The notes beneath the pieces are model-generated. The model saw only the letters and a list, made by a program, of their open reading frames with translations. It was not told the DNA's origin and did no database searches. Position numbers and translations under genes: made by a program. DNA of 63,682 bases, the filler included, from Candidatus Fermentibacterota bacterium (GTDB taxonomy: Bacteria; JAFGKV01): NCBI GenBank assembly GCA_016928395.1. It is 8 parts of 8 records of this genome, joined end to end, with 100 filler letters (N's around TTAATTAATTAA, not from the genome) between each part and the next. Parts side by side here need not be neighbours in the genome. Positions count along the whole stretch, not along the records: positions 47,021 to 57,370 come from JAFGKV010000199.1; 7 more parts are not named here. One strand, given 5' to 3'. This document shows, in pieces, positions 47,484-57,470 of the stretch; positions within the stretch are counted from its first letter, which is position 1; every line of letters starts with the position of its first letter.

Positions 47484-49232
47484 CTACACGTTCGCCATGT
47501 AGTGGGAGATGGCGGCGCGGAGAAAGGGCTCGTCGAAGGGGTCGGCCGGCGACGGCGTCTCTACAATACGGCGTGGGATCTTCAATGCGGCAGCGTCGAA
47601 TCCTTCCCTGCGCTTGAACGCATACTTGCGGCGCAGGATATCCTCGCCCAAGGAGCACAGGTCCACCCCCTTGAAGCCCGCCACCTCCAGAGCCTGGTGA
47701 ACAACATCCTCGGTGTAGATGCCGCGGGCGAACAAACAGATGACCAGGCTCGTGAGCACCTGGCGCCAGCGCTCTTCTGTCAGGAGCTCGTCGGCAACGC
47801 CCTCAGGCGTGAGCGTCGTCCCCGTGGCAAGGGTCTTCTGATCAAGGCTGTACCCGGCGCTGTCCAGATGGCTGTGGCGGGCGCCGGTCAAGTAGCCCAG
47901 GTGGCACGCGGGCCCGGTGTGATAGCCTGGCATCTCGTTGCCGCCGAAACTCAGCGCGAACTCGTCGCCGCCATACATGCCCGCCGCATGGGCAACGCCC
48001 CGAGCCATGGCGCGATACAAGTCGGTCGGCTGTGACACGATACGCATGAGGGCTTCCACATACCCGGGCGCATCGCCCCACGCCAGGGCCACGCCGTCCA
48101 GCAAATCGACGGTGATCAACCCGCGCTCCAGAGCCTCCGTGGCCCAGGCCAAGACCACGCCGGCGCTCATGACGTCGAGCCCCTGCACCTCGGCTTCATC
48201 CAGCAGCCTGAGCAATCCCGGCACGTCTCCGACGCCCAGCATGCTGCCCATGGCGAAGATGGGCTCGTGGTCATAGCCGATCATGGTGGTCTTGTAGAAG
48301 TAAGGATCATTGGGATAGGGGGTGCGCAGGCCTGCCAAGTGAATGCAGGCCACGGGGCAGTGGGCGCAGGCGATCCGCCGCCCCAGATGATGCTCCGCCA
48401 GGTGTTCCCCGCTGATTCCATCGGCCTTCTCGAACTGGCCTGACTGGAGATTGCGAGTTGGCAGCGCCCCTATGCCGTTGAGGGGGCTCACGTTCACGGC
48501 GGTGCCCACCTCATGGTACTTGCGCATGAGGGGCGAGGTCGTGGCTGCCTGATAGATGGAATCGTACAGGGATCGGAAGGCCTTACGATTCGCCACGGGA
48601 AGCGTGCGCGAACCCGATGCTACGACTGCCTTGAGCTTCTTGCTCCCGAATACTGCACCCAATCCCAACCGTCCGAAATGACGGTAGGTCTCGGTGATCA
48701 CTCCGGCATAGGTGACGCCTCGTTCTCCTGCCCGGCCGATGCGCATGATGGTACGCAGGCCGCTGCCCTTCTCGCGGCGCCGGATCACCGAGCCGGCGGT
48801 GAAGGAGCTTCGCAGACCCCACAGTGCCGACGCGTCACGGAAATGCACACGGCCGCCCTCAATGGCCAGGTAGACCGGTGAGGGGCTGGATCCTTTGATC
48901 ACGACGGCGCCGAATCCCGCCATCCGGATTGCGATGGCACTCCGCCCTCCGGCATGGCTCTCCCCCAGGTTCCCCGTGTGGGGAGATTTGAACATAGCCA
49001 CGGTCTTCGACGCCAAGGGGAAAAGCCCCACCAAGGGGCCCACGGAAAAGACGATGGGGTTCTCCGGCGAGGCCGCATCAATACCGGCGGGGCAGTGCTC
49101 CTCCAGAAGCCGAATGCCCACCCCGGCGCCGCCGATGCCTTCCACAAAGAGCTCCGGCCGGTGGGCTATGTCGAAGGATCGCCGGGAGAGATCGATGGTC
49201 AGTACTCGGGCGAGGGGGTCATCATGCATCAT
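47484..49232 (-). CDS. Aldehyde:ferredoxin oxidoreductase family protein
   Basis: KSPHTG.LGESHAGG, GRLGLGAVFGSKKLKA, CAHCPVAC, GARHSH. Confidence 0.9.
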   Translation of the reverse strand: MMHDDPLARVLTIDLSRRSFDIAHRPELFVEGIGGAGVGIRLLEEHCPAGIDAASPENPIVFSVGPLVGLFPLASKTVAMFKSPHTGNLGESHAGGRSAIAIRMAGFGAVVIKGSSPSPVYLAIEGGRVHFRDASALWGLRSSFTAGSVIRRREKGSGLRTIMRIGRAGERGVTYAGVITETYRHFGRLGLGAVFGSKKLKAVVASGSRTLPVANRKAFRSLYDSIYQAATTSPLMRKYHEVGTAVNVSPLNGIGALPTRNLQSGQFEKADGISGEHLAEHHLGRRIACAHCPVACIHLAGLRTPYPNDPYFYKTTMIGYDHEPIFAMGSMLGVGDVPGLLRLLDEAEVQGLDVMSAGVVLAWATEALERGLITVDLLDGVALAWGDAPGYVEALMRIVSQPTDLYRAMARGVAHAAGMYGGDEFALSFGGNEMPGYHTGPACHLGYLTGARHSHLDSAGYSLDQKTLATGTTLTPEGVADELLTEERWRQVLTSLVICLFARGIYTEDVVHQALEVAGFKGVDLCSLGEDILRRKYAFKRREGFDAAALKIPRRIVETPSPADPFDEPFLRAAISHYMANV

Positions 49233-49635
49233 GGGAGACCTCCTCATGGGCCAAGACATCGTAGGGGCAGTAGTGGGCGCAATAGCCGCAATAGATGCAC
49301 ACCAGCGGCTTTCCGGCGTCGTCATCCCAGAAGATGGCGCCAAACGGGCAGGCCTCGCGGCAGTTGCCGCAGCCGATGCAGAGCGAGCGGTCAAGGCAGA
49401 CGCCTCCTCCCTCTCTCGGGGTGAGCGCATCGGTCGGGCACACCTTGGCGCAGGGCGGATCAGGACAGGCGCGGCAGACTACCACCACGAAACCCTTGCG
49501 GATGCCCCCGGCCGATCGCACGCCGATGCAGGCACCCTCCAAGCCACCGTTGCCGCCCCGGCGGGCACACGCGAACATGCATGACTGGCAGCCCACGCAT
49601 CGTTCTGCATCAATGACCGAAAGTCTCTTCGCCAT
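49222..49635 (-). CDS. 4Fe-4S dicluster protein (AOR small subunit)
   Basis: Four Cys clusters (CVGCQSCMFAC, CRACPDPPCAKVCP, CIGCGNCREACP, CIYCGYCAHYCP). Confidence 0.92.
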   Translation of the reverse strand: MAKRLSVIDAERCVGCQSCMFACARRGGNGGLEGACIGVRSAGGIRKGFVVVVCRACPDPPCAKVCPTDALTPREGGGVCLDRSLCIGCGNCREACPFGAIFWDDDAGKPLVCIYCGYCAHYCPYDVLAHEEVSHDA

Positions 49636-49751
49636 GGTCTTCTCCTGGTGGGGGCTCGCGTCGCGCGTAGTTGTCAGTCCTGAAGTTCCGCTACCGATTG
49701 CCCACTACCGGCTCCTCTCCTATGCCCCGGGTTCTATGACCTTTCACCCGT

Positions 49752-50192
49752 TCAGGCATCGGGTGTCGAGCTCGGGATTTCGGATTTACGCCTCTCTTCG
49801 AGCCGCTGACGTAGTTTTTCTGCATGCCGTATTAGCGCGTCCAGGGCCTTTAGTCGCTCTTCATGGGCCTCCAAAGACTGGCGAAGCGGCTCCGGATCTC
49901 CCGGTATGGGAAAGCGCAACGGCCCCATGTGGGTGTAGGCTCGGCTCACCAGTGTCTGACCGCCGATCTCCTGGGGCCAGGTGAGCGAATAGGCCAACTC
50001 CCGCCGTAACGCCTCCACCAGGCGCCGCTCCTCCTGGCAGGCCTCGGTGGCGGATGCCACAAGATAGGCCAGGGCCGCGTCCAGGGCTTCGCCCGAGAGC
50101 CCCGTAGCCATCCATCGATCGGCTTCAGCTTGCACGTCAAAGGATTCCAGCATCACTTGGCCCTCGTCTGACGGGACGTGGAGCTTGCTCAC
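49752..50192 (-). CDS. Hypothetical helical protein
   Basis: Protein-like composition, fills the gap upstream of the AOR pair; no family recognised. Confidence 0.5.
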   Translation of the reverse strand: MSKLHVPSDEGQVMLESFDVQAEADRWMATGLSGEALDAALAYLVASATEACQEERRLVEALRRELAYSLTWPQEIGGQTLVSRAYTHMGPLRFPIPGDPEPLRQSLEAHEERLKALDALIRHAEKLRQRLEERRKSEIPSSTPDA

Positions 50193-50275
50193 ATCATCCG
50201 GGTTTGTTAATCTGATGGGTTCGACCGCGCAAGAAACGTGCGCATAGGCAGTACGGAAAGGCTGAGATCATCCCC

Positions 50276-52081
50276 ATGAGAAAAGTGATACCCCAGTGGC
50301 TTGACACCCGGCGGCACAGCCTGGCTCATATCATGGCCCAGGCCGTCCTTGAAAAACGGCCCGACGCCAAGCTGGGCTTCGGCCCCGCCACCGAAGACGG
50401 CTTCTACTATGATTTCTTGTTCGCGACGCCGCTGACCAGCGATGAGCTGCCCGCCATCGAAGCCAGGATGCGCCAGATCGTGCGCGAAGACGAGGTCTTC
50501 CAACGGGGAGATTTAGCCGTCGACGAGGCGGTGGCCCAACTGGAAGCCATGGGTCAGGAGTTCAAGGTCGAATACTGCCGGGAACTGGCCGCCGCGGGAA
50601 ATGCCACCATACGCCTCTACAGGAGTGGAGACTTCGTTGACATGTGCGAGGGCCCCCATGTGGAACGCACCTCTGTCATACCAGACGATAGCTTCGCGCT
50701 GGACAGCATCGCGGGGGCCTACTGGCGGGGTGACGAGAGCCGCCCGATGCTCACCCGGATCTATGGCCTGGCCTTCGAGACAAGAGAAGAACTCGAGGCC
50801 TTTAAGGCCCGGCGCGAGCTGGCCAAACAGCGGGACCACAGAAAGCTCGGCAAAGAGCTGGACATCTTCCACATCTCCGATCAGGTCGGCCAAGGCCTGG
50901 CCCTGTGGCTGCCCAACGGCGCCGTGCTTATTGACGAACTTGAGAAACTCGCCAAGGAGATGGAGTTCCGCGACGGGTACGTGCCCGTTCGCACGCCCCA
51001 TATCTCCAAGAGCCGCCTGTATCTCACCAGCGGCCACCTGCCCTACTACAAAGAGAGCATGTATCCGCCCATGCAGCTTGAAGGCGAGGATGACTACTAT
51101 CTCAAGCCCATGAACTGCCCCCACCATCACATCATCTATGCTTCGCGGCCTCGAAGCTACCGTGACCTCCCGCTGCGGCTGACGGAGTATGGCGCTGTCT
51201 ATCGGTATGAGCAGTCGGGCGAGTTGGCGGGCCTGCTGCGAGTACGAGGCATGTGGATGAACGATGCCCACCTCTACTGCACGCCCGACCAGGTAAAGGC
51301 TGAGTTCATCAAGGTCTTGGAGCTTCACCGCTTCTACTACAGCCTCTTCCGAATCACTGACTTCTGGGTCCGCCTCTCCCTGGGTGATCCCACCTCAAAG
51401 AAGTTTGCAGGTTCCATGGACTCGTGGGAGACCACCGAAGACATGGCGCGCAAGGCACTGATAGACGCGGGATTCCCCTTCGAGGAGGTGCGCGGCGAGG
51501 CGGCCTTCTATGGCCCCAAGGTCGACCATCAGATGAGCAATGTGGTGGGCCGTGAAGAGACGGCATCAACCACCCAGCTCGATCTCGTCATGCCCGAGCG
51601 CTTCGGGTTGACCTTCATCGGCCCGGATGGCCTGGAGCATCGACCGATTATCATTCACCGCGCCCCCTTGGGCACGCACGAACGATTCGTGGCGTTCCTC
51701 CTGGAGCATCTCGGCGGCGTGTTCCCCACCTGGCTGTCCCCGGTGCAGGTACGAGTGCTCCCGGTGTCCGAGGGTCAGCAGGCATACGGTCAGCGGGTGG
51801 TGGACGCCCTCCGCGACACGCTCTTGCGCGCCACGCTGGATGCGTCTTCGGAGAGCCTCAACAAGCGCATCCGGGCCGCCGAGGTTCACAAGATCCCCAA
51901 TATGCTGGTGGTGGGCAAACGGGAGGAGGCAGACGGGACGGTCACGTGGCGACGTAAGGGTCACCGCCTGCAGGTCACCCTGCCGCTGGATCGGTATGTG
52001 GCGGCTCTGCAGGAGACAATAGCCCGCAGGCTGATGGACAACTTCGAGGATGTCGAGGTGCCGGGATTCGCCGCGGGATAG
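50276..52081 (+). CDS. thrS: Threonine-tRNA ligase (short N-terminus)
   Basis: RHSLAHIMAQAV, DMCEGPH, RDHRKLGKELD, KPMNCPHH, AAFYGPK, IHRAPLGTHER. Confidence 0.97.
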   Translation: MRKVIPQWLDTRRHSLAHIMAQAVLEKRPDAKLGFGPATEDGFYYDFLFATPLTSDELPAIEARMRQIVREDEVFQRGDLAVDEAVAQLEAMGQEFKVEYCRELAAAGNATIRLYRSGDFVDMCEGPHVERTSVIPDDSFALDSIAGAYWRGDESRPMLTRIYGLAFETREELEAFKARRELAKQRDHRKLGKELDIFHISDQVGQGLALWLPNGAVLIDELEKLAKEMEFRDGYVPVRTPHISKSRLYLTSGHLPYYKESMYPPMQLEGEDDYYLKPMNCPHHHIIYASRPRSYRDLPLRLTEYGAVYRYEQSGELAGLLRVRGMWMNDAHLYCTPDQVKAEFIKVLELHRFYYSLFRITDFWVRLSLGDPTSKKFAGSMDSWETTEDMARKALIDAGFPFEEVRGEAAFYGPKVDHQMSNVVGREETASTTQLDLVMPERFGLTFIGPDGLEHRPIIIHRAPLGTHERFVAFLLEHLGGVFPTWLSPVQVRVLPVSEGQQAYGQRVVDALRDTLLRATLDASSESLNKRIRAAEVHKIPNMLVVGKREEADGTVTWRRKGHRLQVTLPLDRYVAALQETIARRLMDNFEDVEVPGFAAG

Positions 52082-52134
52082 GCCGAACGAACGCATGCAC
52101 CCGGCACCGAGCGCCTGTTCGCGTTGATGGAGGA

Positions 52135-53082
52135 TTGATGGTCGCCGATAAGCGTGGAGGCTCAGGTGTATCGCTGCTGGTGATTGTTCTCGCACTACTC
52201 CTGGGAGCCTTCTCCCTTGACGAATTGCGAGCCCCCGCACACGCGCAGTCTGCGTCGGAGGACTCCGTGGCCATGCCGGATTCCAGCCAGGACTTCACTC
52301 CCGCTCAACTCGCGCCGGAAGACTCCGTGGCCATGCCGGATTCCAGCCAGGGCCCTGTTCCCGCGGGGCTCTCGTGTCCGGGGCGGGTGGACTCAGTGGT
52401 GAACCGCGCTTTCGGTCTCGGGGAACGTCTGGTCTTCGCGGTCCGCTATGCCGGCATCACCGCCGGCAGTTCCACCCTCAGCGTTGATGACACGACCCGG
52501 ATCGACGGCCACCTCTGCTACGTTATCAACAACCGAACCCAGTCCTCCAAGGAGTTCAGCATCGTCTACAAGGTGGATGACCGGGCCACCGCCTGGTTCG
52601 ACATGGAAAACTTCGTCAGCCGCGGCTTCGAGAAGCACTTGCGAGAAGGCGACTTCAAAACCGATCAGCAGGTCTGGTTCCACCAGGAACGCAACGTGGC
52701 CAGGTATCCATCGAAGAATCTGGAGATCGAGACTCCCCCGTGCGTCATGGACATTCTCTCCTCTATCTACTATGTGCGGATGCTACCCCTGGAGGTGGGA
52801 GCCGAGGTTGTCTTCGACAATCACGAGAACCGGAAGAACTATCCCTTGGTGGTCAAGGTGCTGCGCAAGGAGCAGGTCAAGGTGGATGCGGGCTTCTTCT
52901 CCTGCGTAGTTGTCGAACCGGTGCTGCGCGAGCCGGGCCTGTTCAAGCACAAAGGCAAGTTGTGGGTATGGCTGACTGATGATGAGACCCACATGCCTGT
53001 GCTCATGAAGAGCAAGATTCCCGTGGGGTCGGTAAAGGTGACTCTAGTAGATTATCAGCGGGGAGAGCGTGGCGATGGCTGA
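52135..53082 (+). CDS. DUF3108 domain secreted protein
   Basis: AFGLGERLVFAVRY, DILSSIYYVR, VWLTDDETHMPV; signal anchor; 60-bp-period internal duplication. Confidence 0.8.
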   Translation: MMVADKRGGSGVSLLVIVLALLLGAFSLDELRAPAHAQSASEDSVAMPDSSQDFTPAQLAPEDSVAMPDSSQGPVPAGLSCPGRVDSVVNRAFGLGERLVFAVRYAGITAGSSTLSVDDTTRIDGHLCYVINNRTQSSKEFSIVYKVDDRATAWFDMENFVSRGFEKHLREGDFKTDQQVWFHQERNVARYPSKNLEIETPPCVMDILSSIYYVRMLPLEVGAEVVFDNHENRKNYPLVVKVLRKEQVKVDAGFFSCVVVEPVLREPGLFKHKGKLWVWLTDDETHMPVLMKSKIPVGSVKVTLVDYQRGERGDG

Positions 53083-54025
53083 TCTGGACTTCACTGCCAT
53101 CACAACCCATTCACTGGAGGGCGCCCCGCGCCTGGCGCAACGCACTCAGGCGGGCCGGCCTTTGGGGCCGAACGCCTCGGTGTCCGACTTCCTGGATGCA
53201 TTACCCCACGTCCTTGCGGCCGACGGCCTCCGTGCCCTCGCCGAGGCCATCGCGGAAGCCCGGCGGCGCTCCAAACCCGTGATCATGCAGTTCGGAGGGC
53301 ATCTGATCAAGTGCGGCCTGGGCTCCTTCGTCATCGATTTCATGGAACGAGGCCTTGTCACCTCTCTGGCGGTGAATGGCTCCGTGGCGATCCACGACCT
53401 GGAACTGGCCATGGTGGGGGCCACCTCGGAAGACGTGGCCCAAAGGCTGGAGGAGGGGAGCTTCGGCATGGCCCGCGAACCCGCCGAGTTCATGAACCGG
53501 GCTGCGGAGGCGGGGCGAGCCCTTGGCCTAGGGCACGCCATCGGGGAGCTGATCAACAGCGATGGTCTTCGGTTCGGCGGTGAGAGCGTCCTGGGCCGCG
53601 CCGCATCGTTGGGCCGTCGCGTCACGGTACACGTTGCCATCGGCACCGATGTGGTGCATCATCACGCAGCTCTCAATGCCGCGGCCCTGGGCGAGGCCAC
53701 ACTGACCGATTTTCGCCACTACTGCGGCGCAGTGGCCGATCTGGGGAATGGAGGCGTGGTGATCAATGTCGGCTCCGCGGTTATCCTTCCCGAGGTGTTC
53801 CTGAAGGCGGTGTCCATTTCCCGAAACCTCGGTCATCCTGTTCAGGGTTTTACCGCCGCCAATATGGATATGCTCCGCCACTATCGGCCCAGCGAGAACA
53901 TCCTTGGGCGGCCGCTGCATCGAGGCGGTCGCGCCATACATCTGACCGGTCATCACGAAATCATGATTCCCTTGCTCCATGCGATGACCCTGCGGGCAGT
54001 AGAACGGGGAAGGAGTGGGCTCTGA
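53075..54025 (+). CDS. Deoxyhypusine-synthase-like fold conserved protein
   Basis: GGHLIKCGL, IHDLELA..GATSEDV, HVAIGTD, GSAVILPEVFLKA, GHHEIMIP. Confidence 0.7.
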   Translation: MADLDFTAITTHSLEGAPRLAQRTQAGRPLGPNASVSDFLDALPHVLAADGLRALAEAIAEARRRSKPVIMQFGGHLIKCGLGSFVIDFMERGLVTSLAVNGSVAIHDLELAMVGATSEDVAQRLEEGSFGMAREPAEFMNRAAEAGRALGLGHAIGELINSDGLRFGGESVLGRAASLGRRVTVHVAIGTDVVHHHAALNAAALGEATLTDFRHYCGAVADLGNGGVVINVGSAVILPEVFLKAVSISRNLGHPVQGFTAANMDMLRHYRPSENILGRPLHRGGRAIHLTGHHEIMIPLLHAMTLRAVERGRSGL

Positions 54026-54026
54026 A

Positions 54027-55103
54027 ATGTTCCATGGCGTAATCCTGGCGGGAGGGCGCGGTGAGCGGCTATGGCCGATGAACACCCGCTCACATCCCAA
54101 GCACCTCCTCACCGATGTCCACGGTGAATCCATGCTCGAAAAGGCGATTCGCCGGATCCATGCGTTGGTGCCACCCAAACATGTCTTGGTCGTCACCCAT
54201 CGATCCTATCTCGATGCCATCCAGGAGCACCTCGAGGGCAGGATCAAGATCGGAGGCTATGTGGTGGAGCCGGAGGGTAGAAACACCGCCGTCGCCATCG
54301 CCCTGGCCGCCATGAAGCTCCTCAAGGCAGATCCCAATGCCCACATGTTCGTCTTGCCCGCTGACCACTTCATCGGCGAGGAGGATCGTCTGCGGCAGGC
54401 CCTTCGCACCGCCGCGCGGCTGACCTTGGAGGGCGAGAAGCTGGTGACCATCGGCGTGAACCCGACCCGCCCGGAGACGAACTACGGCTACATCGAGATG
54501 GGCCGGCCCCTAGAGGGCGACTACGAGGTCCCGGCCTTTTCGGTGAAAGCATTCAAGGAGAAACCGGATCCCGATGATGCGGTCGACTTCCTGGCCCGGG
54601 GCGATTTCCTCTGGAACACCGGCATGTACGTATGGAAGGCCCGCGTGCTCCTGGACAGCGTAAAGCGGTTCATGCCTGAACTGAATGGTGGCCTGGCCGC
54701 CATTGACCCGGATCTGGGCACTGATGGCGAGGACCAGGCCTTGGAGGGGCTCTACACGAGGATCGGCAATGTCTCCATCGATTACGGCGTGATGGAGAAG
54801 GCCGACAATGTGCTGGTGGTCCGCGGCGGTTTCGTATGGGACGATTACTCTGACTGGGAAATCGTGGCCCGTGTGGAGCAGGAGGACGAAGACGGGAATG
54901 TGCTGCGCGGGAAGGTCGTGGCCCTGGAATCGCAGCGCAGCCTGGTGTGGAGCGCGGATGGCGTCGTGGCAGCCTTGGGTGTCGAGGATCTGGTCATCGT
55001 CCGTAAGGGAAATGCTGTGCTTGTATGCCCTCGGACCAAAGCGCGGGAGGTCAAATCGGTGGTTCACGAACTAAGGAGCGGAGCCCTTGATGAGTATGCA
55101 TAG
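54027..55103 (+). CDS. manC: Mannose-1-phosphate guanylyltransferase
   Basis: ILAGGRGERLWP, EPEGRNTA, PADH, FKEKP, WNTGMY, SIDYGVMEK. Confidence 0.93.
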   Translation: MFHGVILAGGRGERLWPMNTRSHPKHLLTDVHGESMLEKAIRRIHALVPPKHVLVVTHRSYLDAIQEHLEGRIKIGGYVVEPEGRNTAVAIALAAMKLLKADPNAHMFVLPADHFIGEEDRLRQALRTAARLTLEGEKLVTIGVNPTRPETNYGYIEMGRPLEGDYEVPAFSVKAFKEKPDPDDAVDFLARGDFLWNTGMYVWKARVLLDSVKRFMPELNGGLAAIDPDLGTDGEDQALEGLYTRIGNVSIDYGVMEKADNVLVVRGGFVWDDYSDWEIVARVEQEDEDGNVLRGKVVALESQRSLVWSADGVVAALGVEDLVIVRKGNAVLVCPRTKAREVKSVVHELRSGALDEYA

Positions 55104-55467
55104 ACGAAGCGACGCCGCAGGGGGCATTGTCGTAAGGGTGATCTTCAACGCCATCGCCATCTATCTGGCCGCCCGGGTGATCCCCGGCATGGGCTTCAGC
55201 GGGGCGCTCTGGGAACTGCTGCTGGCAGGGCTTCTGTTCGGCGTGCTCAATTCCGTGCTCAAGCCGCTGCTGGTGCTGTTCTCCCTACCTCTCATCGTGC
55301 TGAGCCTGGGCCTGTTCTATCTGGTACTGAACGGCCTAATCCTGCTTCTCTTGGCCTGGCTGCTGCCGTCGCTTTCCATGGCGGGGCTCCTGTCCGCGAT
55401 CATCGCCAGCCTCTTCATGGGCTTGGTCAACATCCTGCTCCACGCGGCGCTGCAGGCGTGGCTGTGA
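55096..55467 (+). CDS. YvlD / phage-holin-family 4TM membrane protein
   Basis: NAIAIYLAARVIPG, LNSVLKPLL, SLGLFYLVLNG. Confidence 0.82.
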   Translation: MHRRSDAAGGIVVRVIFNAIAIYLAARVIPGMGFSGALWELLLAGLLFGVLNSVLKPLLVLFSLPLIVLSLGLFYLVLNGLILLLLAWLLPSLSMAGLLSAIIASLFMGLVNILLHAALQAWL

Positions 55468-55542
55468 GCAGGGTGGAAGACTGGAATATTGGATGAATGG
55501 ATGAATTGGGGCCGGGCTGCGAACTATCAACCGTGAACTACC

Positions 55543-56796
55543 ATGCCCGACAAAGTACCTAAAGAACTCAAGGCCCTGGCTGACGACCTCGCCGTCGAGG
55601 CGACGGACCGGAAGCTGTACCTGAAATCCGAGCCCCTGGAATATGGATTCCGCTTCTACCTCCCGGGAGAGGGTGGCCGGGGCCAGTTCAGCGTGTACTA
55701 CAGCCCGAAGAAAAAACGGTATACCGTGGTCGCCCCTGCCGATATCGATCCCGATCTCGTTCCACTGGTGCAGCTTGCCCAAATCAAGACCGGCGCACGC
55801 CTGCCCGGAGAGAGCACCCAGGAACGGGAGCCCCTCACCTGGGAAGAGGTTATCAGTGACAAACCGGCATTGAGCGCGCATATCGTATCTCGGCTGGCCG
55901 ATCTGCAGGCCGCCGGGTACTTTGTGGAGGAGTTCGCCAGGCTGCCTGGCGGGGTGCAGCTCGTCTTCGGCGAAGGCCCTGCTGCGCTGCGGGTCAATCT
56001 CTACTGCGGCAAGGATGGGCGCATCAAGGTCGTACCCGCGGCCAAGAAGAGTCATGAACTAACCCTGATCTGTGAGATGCTCAAACCCGAGGGCGGGCTG
56101 GCCGCGGCGATGCCCGAGGCGGAGCGGGGCCTGGACACATGGCTGGGCACTGATGAGGCAGGCAAAGGCGACTACTTCGGCCCATTGGTAGTGGCGGGAT
56201 TCCTGGTGGATTGGGAAGTGGTCGCGGAGTTGGAGGGCATGGGGCTTGCGGAGAGCAAGGGTATGCCCAAGGCCCGGGTGCTGAGCCTTGCCCGGCTGCT
56301 GTGGGGCCGTTTCAAGGATCGATGCACCGTCGTGGAGATAGGTCCTGAGCGCTACAACCGGCTCTACGAAGACTTCCGGGGCACGGGGGGAAAGCTCAAC
56401 CTCCTCCTGGGCTGGGCCCATGCCCGCACCATCAAGGAGGCGCGGCAGCGGCAGCGGATTCCAACTGTGGTGATTGACAAGTTCGGGGCCTCATGGAACA
56501 TCACGCGGTACTTGGGCGATGTCCGTGACGTCAAGCTCATGTTCCGGCCCAGGGCGGAAAGCAACCCCGCCGTTGCCGCCGCGTCCATTCTTGCCAAGGC
56601 GCGCTTCCTGGAACGGTTGGACAAGCTCTCGGAGGAAGCGGGGATGACCCTTCCCGCCGGGGCAGGGGCCAATGTGATCGTCGCAGGCCGGGCCGTAGTC
56701 GAGACGCATGGCCGTGACTTCCTGAACAGGGTCGCCAAGGTGCATTTCAAGACCACGGAACGGATCGAGGAGCCGCCCCCAGCGGAGGAATCCTAG
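55543..56796 (+). CDS. rnhC: Ribonuclease HIII with extended N-terminus
   Basis: GTDEAGKGDYFGPLVVAG, ERYNRLY, LNLLLGWAHAR, DKF, VAAASILAK, AKVHFKT. Confidence 0.9.
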   Translation: MPDKVPKELKALADDLAVEATDRKLYLKSEPLEYGFRFYLPGEGGRGQFSVYYSPKKKRYTVVAPADIDPDLVPLVQLAQIKTGARLPGESTQEREPLTWEEVISDKPALSAHIVSRLADLQAAGYFVEEFARLPGGVQLVFGEGPAALRVNLYCGKDGRIKVVPAAKKSHELTLICEMLKPEGGLAAAMPEAERGLDTWLGTDEAGKGDYFGPLVVAGFLVDWEVVAELEGMGLAESKGMPKARVLSLARLLWGRFKDRCTVVEIGPERYNRLYEDFRGTGGKLNLLLGWAHARTIKEARQRQRIPTVVIDKFGASWNITRYLGDVRDVKLMFRPRAESNPAVAAASILAKARFLERLDKLSEEAGMTLPAGAGANVIVAGRAVVETHGRDFLNRVAKVHFKTTERIEEPPPAEES

Positions 56797-57010
56797 CCCG
56801 GCTCGAGCCTCCGGGGGCAGTATCACAGGGCCCCCATCAACGTTTCTCGCTCTCTCCCGCGGGATGGTCCTACACCGTCGCCGACGCCGCGTTCTACCGA
56901 ATCCCTCCTGACACATCACCGTTCTTCGTGCCCGGTGCTCCCTGGCGGTTGGCGACGGCGCTCGATACGCACCTCGTTTTCACGTCAGGGGCTGGAGACC
57001 CGGCCGCAGA

Positions 57011-57277
57011 CTACCACTTCCCGTGCCGCTCTGCCCATCCCCCCGGGGCACTGTCTACTGCGGCCTGCGTGCGCGCGCAGCGATCGGCCTCGCGGTTCTT
57101 GAGATGCACCGCGAGGAGTGGCCTGCGCGCACGCAGCGATCTGGCTCCGATGACCCCGTCCGGACTGAGCAGTGTCCCGAGAGTCCACTGGTTCAGGATG
57201 ATCCCTGCGATGATCAGCACGACACCCCCCACAGCGAAGGCAGCGGGACGGAAACGACCGGTACGGGCGGCGGTCAT
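57011..57277 (-). pseudogene. Probable truncated membrane-anchored protein remnant
   Basis: One TM helix plus NQWTLGTLLSPDGVI, then a non-protein-like tail; ATG 9 nt from the IS-like end. Confidence 0.35.
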
Positions 57278-57286
57278 GGTTTCAGA

Positions 57287-57370
57287 CTAGCCCCCGTTTC
57301 CTAGTTACGCAGGAGGACAACCTCGGAGGGGTTGTAGGACAACGAGTTTCTGAGAGGTTGGTGTATTACC
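57287..57370. mobile_element. End of a multicopy IS-like element at a CTAG site (copy 2)
   Basis: Identical to 22997-23063 and 17 nt longer; the contig ends here. Confidence 0.7.
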
Positions 57371-57470
57371 NNNNNNNNNNNNNNNNNNNNNNNNNNNNNN
57401 NNNNNNNNNNNNNNTTAATTAATTAANNNNNNNNNNNNNNNNNNNNNNNNNNNNNNNNNNNNNNNNNNNN

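Noticed and set aside
55096..55467. Prophage lysis gene
   Set aside because: The YvlD-like family is commonly chromosomal and no phage genes are nearby
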